Shown here: positions 10,851 through 21,132 of the stretch, one piece after another
Position numbering within the stretch: position 1 is the stretch's first letter
How the letters are laid out: every line of letters starts with the position of its first letter
Origin: an uncultured Pseudomonadota bacterium
Lineage (GTDB): Bacteria > Pseudomonadota > Alphaproteobacteria > JACZXZ01
Direction: 5' to 3'
DNA: 64,000 bases
Assembly (NCBI GenBank): GCA_963749075.1
Contig: CAVVLJ010000016.1
Location: 768,001 to 832,000 of the forward strand
Translations under genes and position numbers: made by a program
Notes under the pieces: model-generated
Seen by the model: the letters and a program-made list of their open reading frames with translations, nothing else
Databases searched by the model: none
What the model was told of the DNA's origin: nothing

Positions 10851-11162
10851 CGTCATTCCCGCGAAAGCGGGAATCCAGCATCGTCTGGACCCCCGCTTTC
10901 GCGCTAGCAGATGCACACATCTTGAGGGGGCTTGCAGATCCGCCGTGGGTCCTTCGAGACGCGCCCCTTCGGGGCGCTCCTCAGGATGAGGCAAATCTGT
11001 GTGTGGCAGAAAGACTTTTCCTCATCCTGAGGAGCGAGCGTAGCGAGCGTCTCGAAGGACGCACCGCGGCCGGTCCGAGGCCCCTTTGCAGCGCGCAACA
11101 TCATGATTTGCCGGTGATCTTAGAAATTGTGTGCATCAACTAGCGCTTTCGCGGGGGTGACG
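10851..11162. repeat. REP-like inverted pair (GTCATTCCCGCGAAAGCGGGAATCCA type) interrupted by an insertion
   Basis: Left arm 10851-10878; right arm split into 10885-10903 and 11154-11162; the rejoined arm is 24/28 complementary to the left arm. Confidence 0.85.
10904..11143. mobile_element. 240-bp MITE-like element with 16-bp terminal inverted repeats and a 10-bp target duplication
   Basis: Ends ctagcagatgcacaca / tgtgtgcatcaactag (14/16); direct repeat cgctttcgcg at 10894-10903 and 11144-11153; no transposase. Confidence 0.8.
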
Positions 11163-11192
11163 CCGGGTGTTTCAACCTGATCGGATCATGCT

Positions 11193-14147
11193 CTATGCGC
11201 CCGGCCCGGCGAGTGCCGCGGCCAGCACGCGGGCCACATGCACCGCCTCGCGGCCGGTGGCGTCCTTGATCTGGTGGCGGCAGCTCGTGCCGCAGGCGAC
11301 GAGGAGGCTCTCGGGAGGTGCTGCGCGCACGGCGGGGAGGAGCGAAAGCTCGGCCATCTTGAGCGAGGCGCCGTAGGTCTCGGCCTGGTAGCCGAAGACG
11401 CCAGCCATGCCGCAGCAGGAGGCGGCAATGGTCTCGACCGCGAGGCCGGGGACGAGGCGGAGCGTCGCCTCGAGTGCCGTCATGGTAGCGAAGGCCTTCT
11501 GGTGGCAGTGGCCGTGGACGAGTGCGCCGCGTGCGCCGGCGGGGCGGAGCTCGAGCGAGAGACGGCCCGCCTTCGCCTCCTCGGCGACGAACTCCTCGAA
11601 GAGCCTGGCGCTCGACGCAAGTGCTGCCGCCTCCTCGCCGAGACCGAGCACGGTGAGCTCGTCGCGCAAGGTCAAGAGGCAGGAGGGCTCGAGGCCGACG
11701 ACCGGCACGCCGCGCGCGACGTAAGGGCGCAGGCCCGCGAGCAGGCGGCGCATCTCCTTCCGCGCCTCCTCGACGAGCCCCACGGCGAGGAAGGTGCGGC
11801 CGCAGCAGAGCGGCCGGCCGCCGTCGGCCGCCTCCGCCACCTGCACGCGGTAGCCCGCGGCCTCGAGCACGGCGAGCGCCGCGTGGCCGTTCTCGGGCTC
11901 GAAATAGGTGGTGAAGGTGTCGGGGAGGAGGACGACCTCGCGGCCACCCGGATTTCGCGATGCTCCCGGTGCCCTGAAGACGTCCCGGCGCCACTGCGGC
12001 AGGGTGCGCGCGGCGGCGACGCCGAGCCAGCGCTCGCCGAGCCGGCGCAAGCCCGGGACCGCCTCGCGCAGGTTGCTCAAGGGGGCGAAATGGGCGGCCC
12101 AGGGCGCGTAGCGCGGCAGATAGGCCACGAGCCGGTCGCGCAAACCGAGACCGTGGCGCTTGTTGTAGTGGTGGAGGAACTCGATCTTCATGCGCGCCAT
12201 GTCGACGCCCGTCGGGCACTCGCGCTTGCACGCCTTGCAGCCGACGCAAAGGCGCATGGTCTCGGCCAGATCGTCGGCGGCGAGGGCATCGGGGCCGAGC
12301 TGGCCCGAGAGTGCGAGGCGCAGCGTGTTGGCGCGGCCGCGCGTCACGTGCTGCTCGTCGAGCGTGGCGCGGTAGGAGGGGCACATCACGTTCGCGTCGA
12401 ACTTGCGGCAGGTGCCGTTGTTGTTGCACATCTCGACGGCACGGCCGAGGCCGCCCCACGCGGACCAGTCGAGCGCCGTGGCGATGGCAGCCGTGCCGTA
12501 GCCGGGCTTGAAGCGGAAGAGGCTGCGCTCGTCCATCTTGGGCGCGCGCACGATCTTGCCGGGATTGAAGAGGCCCTTGGGGTCGAGCGCGTCCTTGACC
12601 GCCTCGAAGTCGGCCACCATGCGCGGCCCGAACATCGCCGCGTGGAACTCGGAGCGCACCAGCCCGTCGCCGTGCTCGCCCGAGTGCGAGCCCTTGTACT
12701 CGCGCACGATGGCGAAGGCCTCCTCGGCGATGGCGCGCATCTTCCGCGCACCCTCCGGGTCCTTCATGTTGAGGACCGGGCGCACGTGGAGGCAGCCGAC
12801 CGAGGCGTGGGCGTACCAGGTCCCCACGGTGCCGTGCCGCGCGAAGATTTCGTCGAGGCGCCTCGTATAGTCCGCGAGGTCGTCGAGCGACACCGCGCAG
12901 TCCTCGATGAAGGAGACCGGCTTGCCGTCGCCCTTCATCGACATCATGATGTTGAGACCCGACTTGCGCACCTCCCAGATGTCGCGCTGGAAGGCCGGGT
13001 CCGTCGCCTCGACGACGGCACCGGGGAAGCCGAGATCGCCCATGAGCTCGGCGAGCGCCTTGAGCCGCTTCAACTGCGGGGCGAGTTCGTCGCCGGCGAA
13101 CTCGACGAGGAGGAGGGCGGCCGGCGTACCGCGCACGAAGCGCTCGAGGGTGCGGCGGAAGAGCGGGATGTCGCGCGCGAGCTCGATCATGGTGCGGTCG
13201 ACGAGCTCGACCGCGTCGGGACCGAGCCCGACGATGCGCTTGGTCGCCGCCATGGCCGCGTAGAAGCTCGGGAAGTGGCAGACGCCGAGCGCCTTGTGCT
13301 TGGGAAGCTTATGGAGCTTGAGCTCGATGCGCCGCGAGAAGGCGAGCGTGCCCTCGGAGCCGACGAGGAGGTGCGCCAGATTGATGGGCGGCGCGTTGGC
13401 GCCCCGCGGTGCCAGGGCATCGATATTGTAGCCGCCGACGCGGCGCTGCAGCTTGGGGAAGCGCTCGGCGATCTCGCCCGCCTCGCGCCGGCCGAGCTCG
13501 AGGAGCCGCGCCACCATGGCGCGCTGTGCTGCGCTCAGGCCCGCCGTACCGTCGCCCTCGGCGAGTTCGGCAAAGCGCATGGCGCTGCCGTCGGCGAGCG
13601 TCGCATGAATTGCCCGCACGTTGTCGCGCATGGTGCCGAAGCGGATCGAGCGGGCGCCGCAGCTGTTGTTGCCCGCCATGCCGCCGAGGGTCGCCTGGCT
13701 CGAGGTCGAGACGTTGACCGGGAAGAAGAGCCCGTGCGGGCGCAGAAGCGCGTTCAGGCGGTCGAGCACGATGCCCGGCTCGACGACGGCTCGGAGTGCC
13801 GCCGCGTCGAGCTCGAGGAGGCGGTTGAGCCGCGGGCTCACGTCGACGACGAGCGCCTCGCCCACGGTCTGGCCGCATTGCGAGGTGCCGCCGCCGCGCG
13901 GCAGGAGCGGGATGCCCTCGTCGGCCGCGATGCCGACGATGCGGGGGATGTCGGCCTCGCTCGCCGGGATGGCCACGCCGATCGGCTCGATCTGGTAGAT
14001 CGAGGCGTCCGTCGAGTAGCGCCCGCGCGTTCCGGCGTCGAAGCGCACCTCGCCCTCGATCCCGCTCGCGAGGCGCGCAGCCAGCGCGCTGTCGCCGATG
14101 CGGGAGTGCGCCGCCCGGCGACCGGTGGGGCTGCCTTGAGCCATCAT
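11193..14147 (-). CDS. FAD-linked oxidase fused to Fe-S/CCG domains (GlcD/GlcF-like, YdiJ-like)
   Basis: PRGGGTSQCGQ, GSEGTL, SGEHGDG, CNNNGTC, CVGCKACKRECP, HGHCHQKA, CCGMAG. Start moved to the ATG at 14147. Confidence 0.92.
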   Translation of the reverse strand: MMAQGSPTGRRAAHSRIGDSALAARLASGIEGEVRFDAGTRGRYSTDASIYQIEPIGVAIPASEADIPRIVGIAADEGIPLLPRGGGTSQCGQTVGEALVVDVSPRLNRLLELDAAALRAVVEPGIVLDRLNALLRPHGLFFPVNVSTSSQATLGGMAGNNSCGARSIRFGTMRDNVRAIHATLADGSAMRFAELAEGDGTAGLSAAQRAMVARLLELGRREAGEIAERFPKLQRRVGGYNIDALAPRGANAPPINLAHLLVGSEGTLAFSRRIELKLHKLPKHKALGVCHFPSFYAAMAATKRIVGLGPDAVELVDRTMIELARDIPLFRRTLERFVRGTPAALLLVEFAGDELAPQLKRLKALAELMGDLGFPGAVVEATDPAFQRDIWEVRKSGLNIMMSMKGDGKPVSFIEDCAVSLDDLADYTRRLDEIFARHGTVGTWYAHASVGCLHVRPVLNMKDPEGARKMRAIAEEAFAIVREYKGSHSGEHGDGLVRSEFHAAMFGPRMVADFEAVKDALDPKGLFNPGKIVRAPKMDERSLFRFKPGYGTAAIATALDWSAWGGLGRAVEMCNNNGTCRKFDANVMCPSYRATLDEQHVTRGRANTLRLALSGQLGPDALAADDLAETMRLCVGCKACKRECPTGVDMARMKIEFLHHYNKRHGLGLRDRLVAYLPRYAPWAAHFAPLSNLREAVPGLRRLGERWLGVAAARTLPQWRRDVFRAPGASRNPGGREVVLLPDTFTTYFEPENGHAALAVLEAAGYRVQVAEAADGGRPLCCGRTFLAVGLVEEARKEMRRLLAGLRPYVARGVPVVGLEPSCLLTLRDELTVLGLGEEAAALASSARLFEEFVAEEAKAGRLSLELRPAGARGALVHGHCHQKAFATMTALEATLRLVPGLAVETIAASCCGMAGVFGYQAETYGASLKMAELSLLPAVRAAPPESLLVACGTSCRHQIKDATGREAVHVARVLAAALAGPGA

Positions 14148-14203
14148 GACCTCGGCATCAATTGGCGGCATAATGCCACAGCACGGGCGGGTGCGACGCG
14201 TCA

Positions 14204-14356
14204 TTCCTCTCCTCCTTGAGGAGGAGAGGAAGGAGCCCATCCCGAAGGAATGGGAAGGTGAGGAGGTCTATGACGCCGGCGCTTCGGCCGCAGACAATGC
14301 GTCTCACGGAGCCGCCTCCTCACCCCGGCCCTCTCCTCCTGAAGGCGGAGAGGGGG
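14204..14356. repeat. REP-like palindromes (CTCTCCTCC...GGAGAGG type)
   Basis: ttcctctcctcct-tg-aggaggagaggaa and cctcaccccggccctctcc...ggagagggg; a related copy lies at 38201-38227. Confidence 0.65.
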
Positions 14357-14439
14357 ATCGCTGCTGCCGGCCGAGGACGCCGCCGCAGCAACGGGAAACC
14401 CGGCACCGCGCCGAGCGGGGCCGCACGCGAGGGCTTGCC

Positions 14440-15636
14440 ATGGCTTACCAGAGCGGCCGCCACTTCCTCCAAATCCCCGGGCCGACCAACGTGCCGGACC
14501 GTATCCTCCGCGCCATCGACCGGCCGACCATCGATCACCGCGGGCCAACCTTCCAGCGCCTGGGCAAGGAGCTGCTCGAGGGCTTGAAGGCGGTCTTCAA
14601 GACGCAAGCGCCCGTGGTGATCTTTCCCGCCTCGGGCACCGGCGCCTGGGAGGCAGCGCTCGTCAATACGCTCTCGCCCGGCGACAAGGTGCTGATGGTC
14701 GAGACCGGCCATTTCGCTACCCTCTGGTCGCGCATGGCAGGGCGGCTCGGCCTCGAGGTCGAGCTCATCCCCGGCGACTGGCGCCACGGCGTCGATCCGG
14801 CGGCGGTGGCCCGGCACCTGGCCGACGACCGCGCGCGCAAGATCAAGGCCGTCTGCATCGTGCACAACGAGACCTCGACCGGCGTCGCCTCGCGCGTGGC
14901 CGAGGTGCGCAAGGCGATCGACGGCAGCGGCCATCCGGCGCTCTTCATGGTCGACACCATCTCCTCGCTCGCCTCGATCGACTATCGCCACGACGAGTGG
15001 GGGGTGGACGTGACCGTAGCCGGCTCCCAGAAGGGCCTCATGCTGCCGCCCGGCCTCTCCTTCAACGCGGTCGGCGACAAGGCGCGCGCGGCGGGGAAGA
15101 CGGCGCGGCTGCCGCGCTCCTATTGGAGCTGGGAGGAGATGCTCGCCTCGAACTCGGCCGGCTTCTTCCCCTATACGCCGGCGACCAATCTGCTCTTCGG
15201 CCTCAAGGAGGCGGTCGCCATGCTGCTCGAGGAGGGGCTCGACAACGTCTTCGCGCGCCATGACCGCCACGCGGAGGCGACCCGGCGCGCCGTGGCGGCC
15301 TGGGGTCTCGAGGTGCTCTGCCTGGAGCCTCGCGAGCACTCGAGCTCGCTCACCGCCGTGCTGCTGCCGCCGGGCCACGACGCCGACGCCTTCCGCAAGG
15401 TGACGCTCGAGCGCTACAACCTCTCGCTCGGCAACGGCCTCGGCAAGCTCGCGGGCAAGGTCTTCCGCATCGGGCATCTGGGGGACTTCAACGACCTCAT
15501 GCTCGCCGGCACGCTCGCGGGCGTGGAGATGGGCCTCCAGGCTGCGGGGGTTCCCCTCAAGGGAAGCGGCATTGCCGTGGCACTCGCCTATCTCGGCGGC
15601 AATTACGCAGGCGGCACCTCGGCCTCGGCGGCTTGA
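14440..15636 (+). CDS. Serine-glyoxylate aminotransferase-like protein (class V PLP)
   Basis: GRHFLQIPGPTNVP, VHNETSTGV, DTISSL, GSQKGLMLPPG, FRIGHLG. Confidence 0.92.
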   Translation: MAYQSGRHFLQIPGPTNVPDRILRAIDRPTIDHRGPTFQRLGKELLEGLKAVFKTQAPVVIFPASGTGAWEAALVNTLSPGDKVLMVETGHFATLWSRMAGRLGLEVELIPGDWRHGVDPAAVARHLADDRARKIKAVCIVHNETSTGVASRVAEVRKAIDGSGHPALFMVDTISSLASIDYRHDEWGVDVTVAGSQKGLMLPPGLSFNAVGDKARAAGKTARLPRSYWSWEEMLASNSAGFFPYTPATNLLFGLKEAVAMLLEEGLDNVFARHDRHAEATRRAVAAWGLEVLCLEPREHSSSLTAVLLPPGHDADAFRKVTLERYNLSLGNGLGKLAGKVFRIGHLGDFNDLMLAGTLAGVEMGLQAAGVPLKGSGIAVALAYLGGNYAGGTSASAA

Positions 15637-15652
15637 GGCGGCCGGCCGCCGC

Positions 15653-16375
15653 TCAGGCGGCGACGACCTTGAGGTCCGGCTCGGCCTCGTCGATGAGGCG
15701 GTCCGGCATGCAATATTGCCTGAGCTTGCTCACGTCGATGAGCCGGATGCGGTGCCCGCGCACCTCCACGCCCATCTTGCGCAGGGAGGAGAAGCCGCGT
15801 GACAGGCTCTCGGGCGTCATGCCGAGCCGTGCCGCGATGAGGCGCTTGTCGTGCGGCAGCTCGACCAAGCCGTCGCCGCCGTTCTCCTCGGCGAGTGCCA
15901 GGAGATAGCAGCCGAGGCGCTGGGTCGAGGTCCGGAGCTTGAGGTCCTTCACCTGGCGGAGCAGCGAGCGGTATTGGCGCGACATGGAGGCCAGCATGGC
16001 GAGCGACAGCTGGGCGTCGCGCGCGATCCACTGGCGCAGTGCCGTTGCCGGCAGCATCAGGATGCGCGCCGGACGCACCACCTTGGCCGAGACCAGATAG
16101 GGGGTGTTGGTGAGGAGCGCTGCCGGCATGAAGGTATCCACCGGCTTCAGGATCTCCACCACCGTCTCGCGCTCATCGGGCGCCGTGCCGGTGAACTGCA
16201 CGCTGCCGTCGAGCAGCACGTAAAGGAAATCCGGCAGCTCGCCCTGCAGGAAGAGCGTCGTCTGGCTCGGGAAGCGCTGCAGGAAGGCGCCCGTGGCGAG
16301 CGCGCGAAGCGTGTCCTCCGAGGTCTCGGCAAAGAGTGAAACCTCACGAAGTTTTGCGAAATCTTCAGGCTGCAT
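15653..16375 (-). CDS. Crp/Fnr-family transcriptional regulator
   Basis: cNMP-binding domain and HTH IAARLGMTPESLSR; no N-terminal FNR cysteine cluster. Confidence 0.9.
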   Translation of the reverse strand: MQPEDFAKLREVSLFAETSEDTLRALATGAFLQRFPSQTTLFLQGELPDFLYVLLDGSVQFTGTAPDERETVVEILKPVDTFMPAALLTNTPYLVSAKVVRPARILMLPATALRQWIARDAQLSLAMLASMSRQYRSLLRQVKDLKLRTSTQRLGCYLLALAEENGGDGLVELPHDKRLIAARLGMTPESLSRGFSSLRKMGVEVRGHRIRLIDVSKLRQYCMPDRLIDEAEPDLKVVAA

Positions 16376-16699
16376 TGCGCGTGCTCCTTGTGCGATGGAC
16401 TCCCGCGGGCGCGGTCCCCGGCTCCGCCCGCTTCAATGGCGGCGATCCCCGATGTGGCGCAGTCGACAAGGCCAGCCAGGCTGAAGGATGCGGCGCCGAC
16501 TAAACTGGCGGAACCTGTGCACGCGCATCTTTGCCAATGAGCTATCACAGGGGTGAGCGCGACAAAAGTCAAAAAAAGTTAATCATTTTTAATGTTTAAC
16601 GCGCGCCGGGGCAGCGTCCGCAGCGGCGCTCACCGCCTTCGCGGGGCAAGCTTCGCCGGGGCGACGACCGGGGGGCGTTGCCGCCGATCGGAGCCCGCC

Positions 16700-17023
16700 C
16701 TAATTCGCGACGATGCGCCTGGGCCGATAGCGGCCGTTCTCGATGCCGGAGAAGAGATCGTTCAATTGCGGGTGGGAGAGCGGCCGGCCGCTCTCGTCGG
16801 ACACCAGGTTCTGCTCCGAGACGTAGGCGATGTAGGTGCTCTGCTCGTTCTCGGCGAGCAGATGGTAGAAGGGCTGGTCGCGGCGCGGCCGCACCTCCTC
16901 GGGGATCGACATCAGCCATTCCTCGGTGTTGGAGAACACCGGGTCGACATCGAAGATCACGCCGCGGAAGGGATAGATCCGGTGGCGCACGATCTCGCCG
17001 ATGTGGAACTTGGCCTCGCGCAT
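16700..17023 (-). CDS. hspQ: Heat shock protein HspQ (YccV-like)
   Basis: AKFHIGEIVRHR..FRGVIFDVDP...QPFYHLLAEN...YVSEQNL. Confidence 0.92.
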   Translation of the reverse strand: MREAKFHIGEIVRHRIYPFRGVIFDVDPVFSNTEEWLMSIPEEVRPRRDQPFYHLLAENEQSTYIAYVSEQNLVSDESGRPLSHPQLNDLFSGIENGRYRPRRIVAN

Positions 17024-17117
17024 GGGTCGATCCTCTACGGCCTGCCGCGGTGAAAAACAACGGGCAAAGTGCGGCAGCCCTCCGCCATGACGCGGCCGCG
17101 CGGTGATCGTCTTCGAA

Positions 17118-17168
17118 ATGACATAAAACTGTCAACATACCGCATTAGGCTTGTCACCGAGCTGCAAC
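17118..17168 (+). promoter_or_regulatory. Pho boxes upstream of pstS
   Basis: Half-sites in 11-bp phase: ATGACAT 17118, CTGTCAA 17129, TTGTCAC 17151, CTGCAAC 17162 (consensus CTGTCAT-N4). Confidence 0.8.
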
Positions 17169-17252
17169 GCCCGGAGCCTAGGATCCCGCCGCTCGTCGCA
17201 TGGCACGCCGTCGTGGCGGGTCGTCGGCTCACTCCTTTTTATGGGAGCTCAT

Positions 17253-18314
17253 ATGATGAAACGCGTTGCGATCGCCGCCCTTGCGGGCGCTTCGCTGCTG
17301 TTCGCCATCGGCCAGGCGAAGGCAGCCGATATCTCCGGAGCGGGTGCGACCTTCCCCTACCCGATCTACGCCAAATGGGCGGATGCCTACAAGACGAAGA
17401 CCGGCATCGGGCTCAACTACCAGTCGATCGGCTCCGGCGGGGGGATCAAGCAGATCAAGGCCAAGACGGTCGACTTCGGCGCCTCCGACATGCCGCTCGA
17501 TCCCAAGGACCTCGACGAAGCCGGCCTCATGCAGTTCCCCATGGTCATGGGCGGCGTGGTGCCGGTCGTCAACATCAAGGGCGTCAATGCGGGCGACATC
17601 AAGCTGACCGGCCCGGTCCTCGCGGACATCTATCTCAAGAAGGTCGTCAAGTGGAGCGACCCGGAGATCGCCAAGCTCAATCCGGGCGTCAAGCTGCCGG
17701 ATTCCGCGATCACCGTCGTGCACCGCTCTGACGGTTCAGGCACCACCTTCATCTTCACCCACTACCTCTCCGAGATCAGCCCCGAGTGGAAGTCGAAGGT
17801 GGGCGAGAACACGTCGGTCGAATGGCCGGCCGGCGTCGGCGCCAAGGGCAACGAGGGCGTCGCCAACTACGCCAAGCAGATCGACGGGGGCATCGGCTAC
17901 GTCGAGTACGCCTATGCGCTGCAGAACAAGCTCGCCTGGACCTGGCTCTCCAATGCGGCCGGCAAGTTCGTCAAGCCGGAAGCCAGCGCCTTCATGGCCG
18001 CCGCCGCCAATGCCGACTGGAAGAACGCGCCCGACTTCAAGCTTCTCTTGACCAATCAGCCGGGGGACGCCAGCTGGCCCATCACCGGCGCCACCTTCAT
18101 CCTCTTCTACAAGACCCAGGACAAGCCGGAGATCGGCGCCGCGGTGCTCAAGTTCTTCGACTGGGCCTATCACAACGGCAGCCAGATGGCGGAGCAGCTC
18201 GACTACATCCCGATGCCCGCGAACGTCGTCAAGCTGGTCGAGACGACGTGGGAGAAGGAGATCAAATCGGCGGACGGCAAGCCGGTGTTCACGGCAAGCG
18301 CGATGCAGAACTAA
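17253..18314 (+). CDS. pstS: Phosphate ABC substrate-binding protein
   Basis: GAGATFP, YQSIGSGGG, DFGASD, RSDGSGTT. Confidence 0.97.
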   Translation: MMKRVAIAALAGASLLFAIGQAKAADISGAGATFPYPIYAKWADAYKTKTGIGLNYQSIGSGGGIKQIKAKTVDFGASDMPLDPKDLDEAGLMQFPMVMGGVVPVVNIKGVNAGDIKLTGPVLADIYLKKVVKWSDPEIAKLNPGVKLPDSAITVVHRSDGSGTTFIFTHYLSEISPEWKSKVGENTSVEWPAGVGAKGNEGVANYAKQIDGGIGYVEYAYALQNKLAWTWLSNAAGKFVKPEASAFMAAAANADWKNAPDFKLLLTNQPGDASWPITGATFILFYKTQDKPEIGAAVLKFFDWAYHNGSQMAEQLDYIPMPANVVKLVETTWEKEIKSADGKPVFTASAMQN

Positions 18315-18330
18315 GCCTAGAAGCCGCGGT

Positions 18331-18361
18331 CCGGGGCGCCTCCTCGAGGACGGCGCCCCGG
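18331..18361 (+). terminator. Intercistronic GC stem-loop after pstS
   Basis: 10-bp stem ccggggcgcc / ggcgccccgg with no U-tract, so it may stabilise mRNA rather than terminate. Confidence 0.5.
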
Positions 18362-18426
18362 AGTGCTGGAATTGGTAGGCGCCGAGAGCCGGGCCGCCGG
18401 CAGCCCTCCCCGTGATAAGGAAACCC

Positions 18427-19413
18427 ATGGCATTAGCCGACACCATGAGCGAGCGGCTGCGCTCCGGCAAGGCCGCGCGCTCGGCGGCCGCTTCGGGCGG
18501 CTTCGGGGACAAGGTCTTCTTCGGCCTGACCTACACCTTCGCCGTCTCCGTGCTCCTCATCCTGGCGGGCATCCTCCTGTCGCTCGCCATCGGCAGCTGG
18601 CCCGCCTTCTCTAAGCTCGGCTTCAGCTTCTTCACCAGCGCCTCCTGGAACCCGGTGACCGAGAAGTTCGGCGCCGTGGCGCCGGTCTACGGCACGCTCG
18701 TCACCTCGTTCATAGCCCTCCTCTTCGGGGTGCCGATCAGCCTCGGCATCGTCATCGTGCTGACCGAGCTGTCGCCGCCCTGGCTGCGCCGCCCGGTCGG
18801 CACGGCGATCGAGCTCCTGGCCGCGATCCCCAGCATCATCTACGGCATGTGGGGCCTCTTCGTCTTCGTGCCCTTCTACAAGGCCTACGTGCAGCCGGCG
18901 CTCGGCGACACCTTCGGCAATATCCCCATCGTCGGCGAGCTCTTCTCCGGGCCGCCCTTCGGCGTCGGCATGCTCACCGCCGGCATCATCCTCGCGATCA
19001 TGATCCTGCCCTTCATCTCGTCGGTGATGCGCGACGTTTTCGAGACGGTCCCGCCGCTCCTGCGCGAGTCCGCCTTCGGGCTGGGAGCGACCACCTGGGA
19101 GGTGGTGTGGCACGTCATCCTGCCCTACACGCGCACGAGCGTGGTGGGCGCCATCCTCTTGGGGCTCGGCCGGGCGCTCGGCGAGACCATGGCGGTCACT
19201 TTCGTGATCGGCAACTCCCATGATCTGAGCGCCTCGCTCTTCCTGCCGGGCTCGACGATCTCCTCGACCATCGCCAACGAGTTCACCGAGGCGGTGGGCG
19301 ACGTCTATTCGTCGTCGCTCATAGCGCTCGGCCTGACGCTCTTCTTCATCACCTTCGTCGTGCTCGTGCTGGCCAAGCTCATGCTGCGCCAGCTCGCGAG
19401 CAAGGTCAGGTGA
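18427..19413 (+). CDS. pstC: Phosphate ABC permease
   Basis: [26 protein letters not shown]. Confidence 0.96.
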   Translation: MALADTMSERLRSGKAARSAAASGGFGDKVFFGLTYTFAVSVLLILAGILLSLAIGSWPAFSKLGFSFFTSASWNPVTEKFGAVAPVYGTLVTSFIALLFGVPISLGIVIVLTELSPPWLRRPVGTAIELLAAIPSIIYGMWGLFVFVPFYKAYVQPALGDTFGNIPIVGELFSGPPFGVGMLTAGIILAIMILPFISSVMRDVFETVPPLLRESAFGLGATTWEVVWHVILPYTRTSVVGAILLGLGRALGETMAVTFVIGNSHDLSASLFLPGSTISSTIANEFTEAVGDVYSSSLIALGLTLFFITFVVLVLAKLMLRQLASKVR

Positions 19414-19417
19414 CGCC

Positions 19418-20263
19418 ATGCTGTCGCTCTACCGCCGCCGCCAATTGACCAATTATTTCAACATGACGATGTCCGTGCTGGTGACGATGCTCGGCATCTT
19501 CATCCTCGGCTCGATCCTGTGGACGCTCATCGGCTACGGCTTCAACGGCCTGAGCCTCAAGATGTTCACGGACATGACGCCGCCGCCGGGCAATTCGGGC
19601 GGCGTGCTCAATGCGATCGCGGGGAGCGTGCTGCTGACGGCGCTCGGCATCTTCATCGGCGCCCCGGTGGGCGTGCTCGCCGGCACCTATCTCGCCGAAT
19701 ACAGCTCGCGCGGGAAGATCGCGCCCGCCACGCGCTTCATCAACGACATCCTGCTCTCCGCCCCCTCCATCCTCATCGGCCTCTTCGTCTACGAGGTGGC
19801 CGTGGTGCCGAGCGGGCACTTCTCCGCTTGGGCGGGCGCTATCGCACTGGCGCTGATCGCCATACCGGTCATCGTGCGCACGAGCGAGGACATGCTGCGC
19901 CTCGTGCCGAACGACCTGCGCGAGGCGGCGACGGCGCTCGGCGCGCCGCGCTGGAAGGTCATCGTGCGCGTCTCCTACCGCGCCGCGCGCGCGGGCATCC
20001 TGACCGGCATTCTCCTCTCGGTGGCGCGCATCGCCGGCGAGACGGCGCCCTTGCTCTTCACCGTGCTCAACAACCAGTTCTGGTCGTGGAACGTGAACGC
20101 GCCCATCGCCAACCTGCCGGTGGTGATCTTCCAGTTCGCGCTCAGCCCCTACAACGACTGGCAGCAGCTCGCCTGGGCGTCGGCACTGCTCGTCACGGTG
20201 ACCATTCTGGGGCTCAACATCATCGTGCGCCTGACGCTCGGCAAGCGGGACAAACGTTCGTGA
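19418..20263 (+). CDS. pstA: Phosphate ABC permease
   Basis: [24 protein letters not shown]. Confidence 0.96.
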   Translation: MLSLYRRRQLTNYFNMTMSVLVTMLGIFILGSILWTLIGYGFNGLSLKMFTDMTPPPGNSGGVLNAIAGSVLLTALGIFIGAPVGVLAGTYLAEYSSRGKIAPATRFINDILLSAPSILIGLFVYEVAVVPSGHFSAWAGAIALALIAIPVIVRTSEDMLRLVPNDLREAATALGAPRWKVIVRVSYRAARAGILTGILLSVARIAGETAPLLFTVLNNQFWSWNVNAPIANLPVVIFQFALSPYNDWQQLAWASALLVTVTILGLNIIVRLTLGKRDKRS

Positions 20264-20274
20264 AGGAAACCACC

Positions 20275-21132
20275 ATGCTCGGCAGCAACGCCCCTCAGGA
20301 CGGCGAGCAAGCCAACAACAAGATCAATCTGCGCGCGCCCCAGCCGGTGGCCCAATCGACCGACGGCAAGGCCGCGGTGACGCCCAAGATCGAGGTGCGC
20401 GACCTCAAGTTCTACTACGGCCAGGCCCTCGCGCTGAAATCGGTCACCATGACCATCTACGAGCGCCGCGTGACGGCCCTCATCGGGCCGTCCGGCTGCG
20501 GCAAGTCGACGCTGCTGCGCACGCTCAACCGTATCTACGAGCTCTATCCCCAGATGCGCGCCGAGGGCGAGGTGCTGCTCGACGGCGAGAACATCCTGGG
20601 CCCGAGCGTGGATCTCAACCATCTGCGCGCCCGCGTCGGCATGGTCTTCCAGAAGCCGACGCCGTTCCCCATGTCGATCTACGACAACATCTCCTTCGGG
20701 GTGCGGCTCTACGAGCGGCTCTCGACCGTCGAGATGGACGAGCGCGTCGAGAAGTCGCTCACCAAGGCGGCTCTCTGGGGCGAGGTCAAGGACAAGCTGC
20801 GCGCCTCGGGCTTGAGCCTCTCGGGCGGCCAGCAGCAGCGCCTCTGCATCGCCCGCGCGATCGCCCTCAATCCCGAGGTGATGCTGCTCGACGAGCCGGC
20901 CTCGGCGCTCGACCCCATCTCCACCCAGCGCATCGAGGAGCTCATCAAGGAGCTGCGCGACGACTATACGGTCGTCATCGTCACCCACAACCTGCAGCAG
21001 GCGGCGCGCGTCTCCGACTATACGGCGCTCATGTATCTAGGCGAGCTCGTCGAGTTCGATGCCACCGAGACGATCTTCACCCGGCCCAGCAAGAAGCAGA
21101 CCGAGGACTATGTGACGGGAAGATTCGGTTGA
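20275..21132 (+). CDS. pstB: Phosphate ABC ATPase
   Basis: [44 protein letters not shown]. Confidence 0.97.
   Translation: MLGSNAPQDGEQANNKINLRAPQPVAQSTDGKAAVTPKIEVRDLKFYYGQALALKSVTMTIYERRVTALIGPSGCGKSTLLRTLNRIYELYPQMRAEGEVLLDGENILGPSVDLNHLRARVGMVFQKPTPFPMSIYDNISFGVRLYERLSTVEMDERVEKSLTKAALWGEVKDKLRASGLSLSGGQQQRLCIARAIALNPEVMLLDEPASALDPISTQRIEELIKELRDDYTVVIVTHNLQQAARVSDYTALMYLGELVEFDATETIFTRPSKKQTEDYVTGRFG

Noticed and set aside
11238-14219. 993-aa + strand ORF and similar long antisense ORFs (e.g. 22099-23937, 37783-39921, 61692-63911)
   Set aside because: Shadow frames of well-supported opposite-strand genes in high-GC DNA, with no motifs of their own.
16571-16600. CtrA or FNR box upstream of the Crp/Fnr gene
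   Set aside because: The TTAA half-sites are 6 and 3 nt apart, not 7, and there is no TTGAT-N4-ATCAA.
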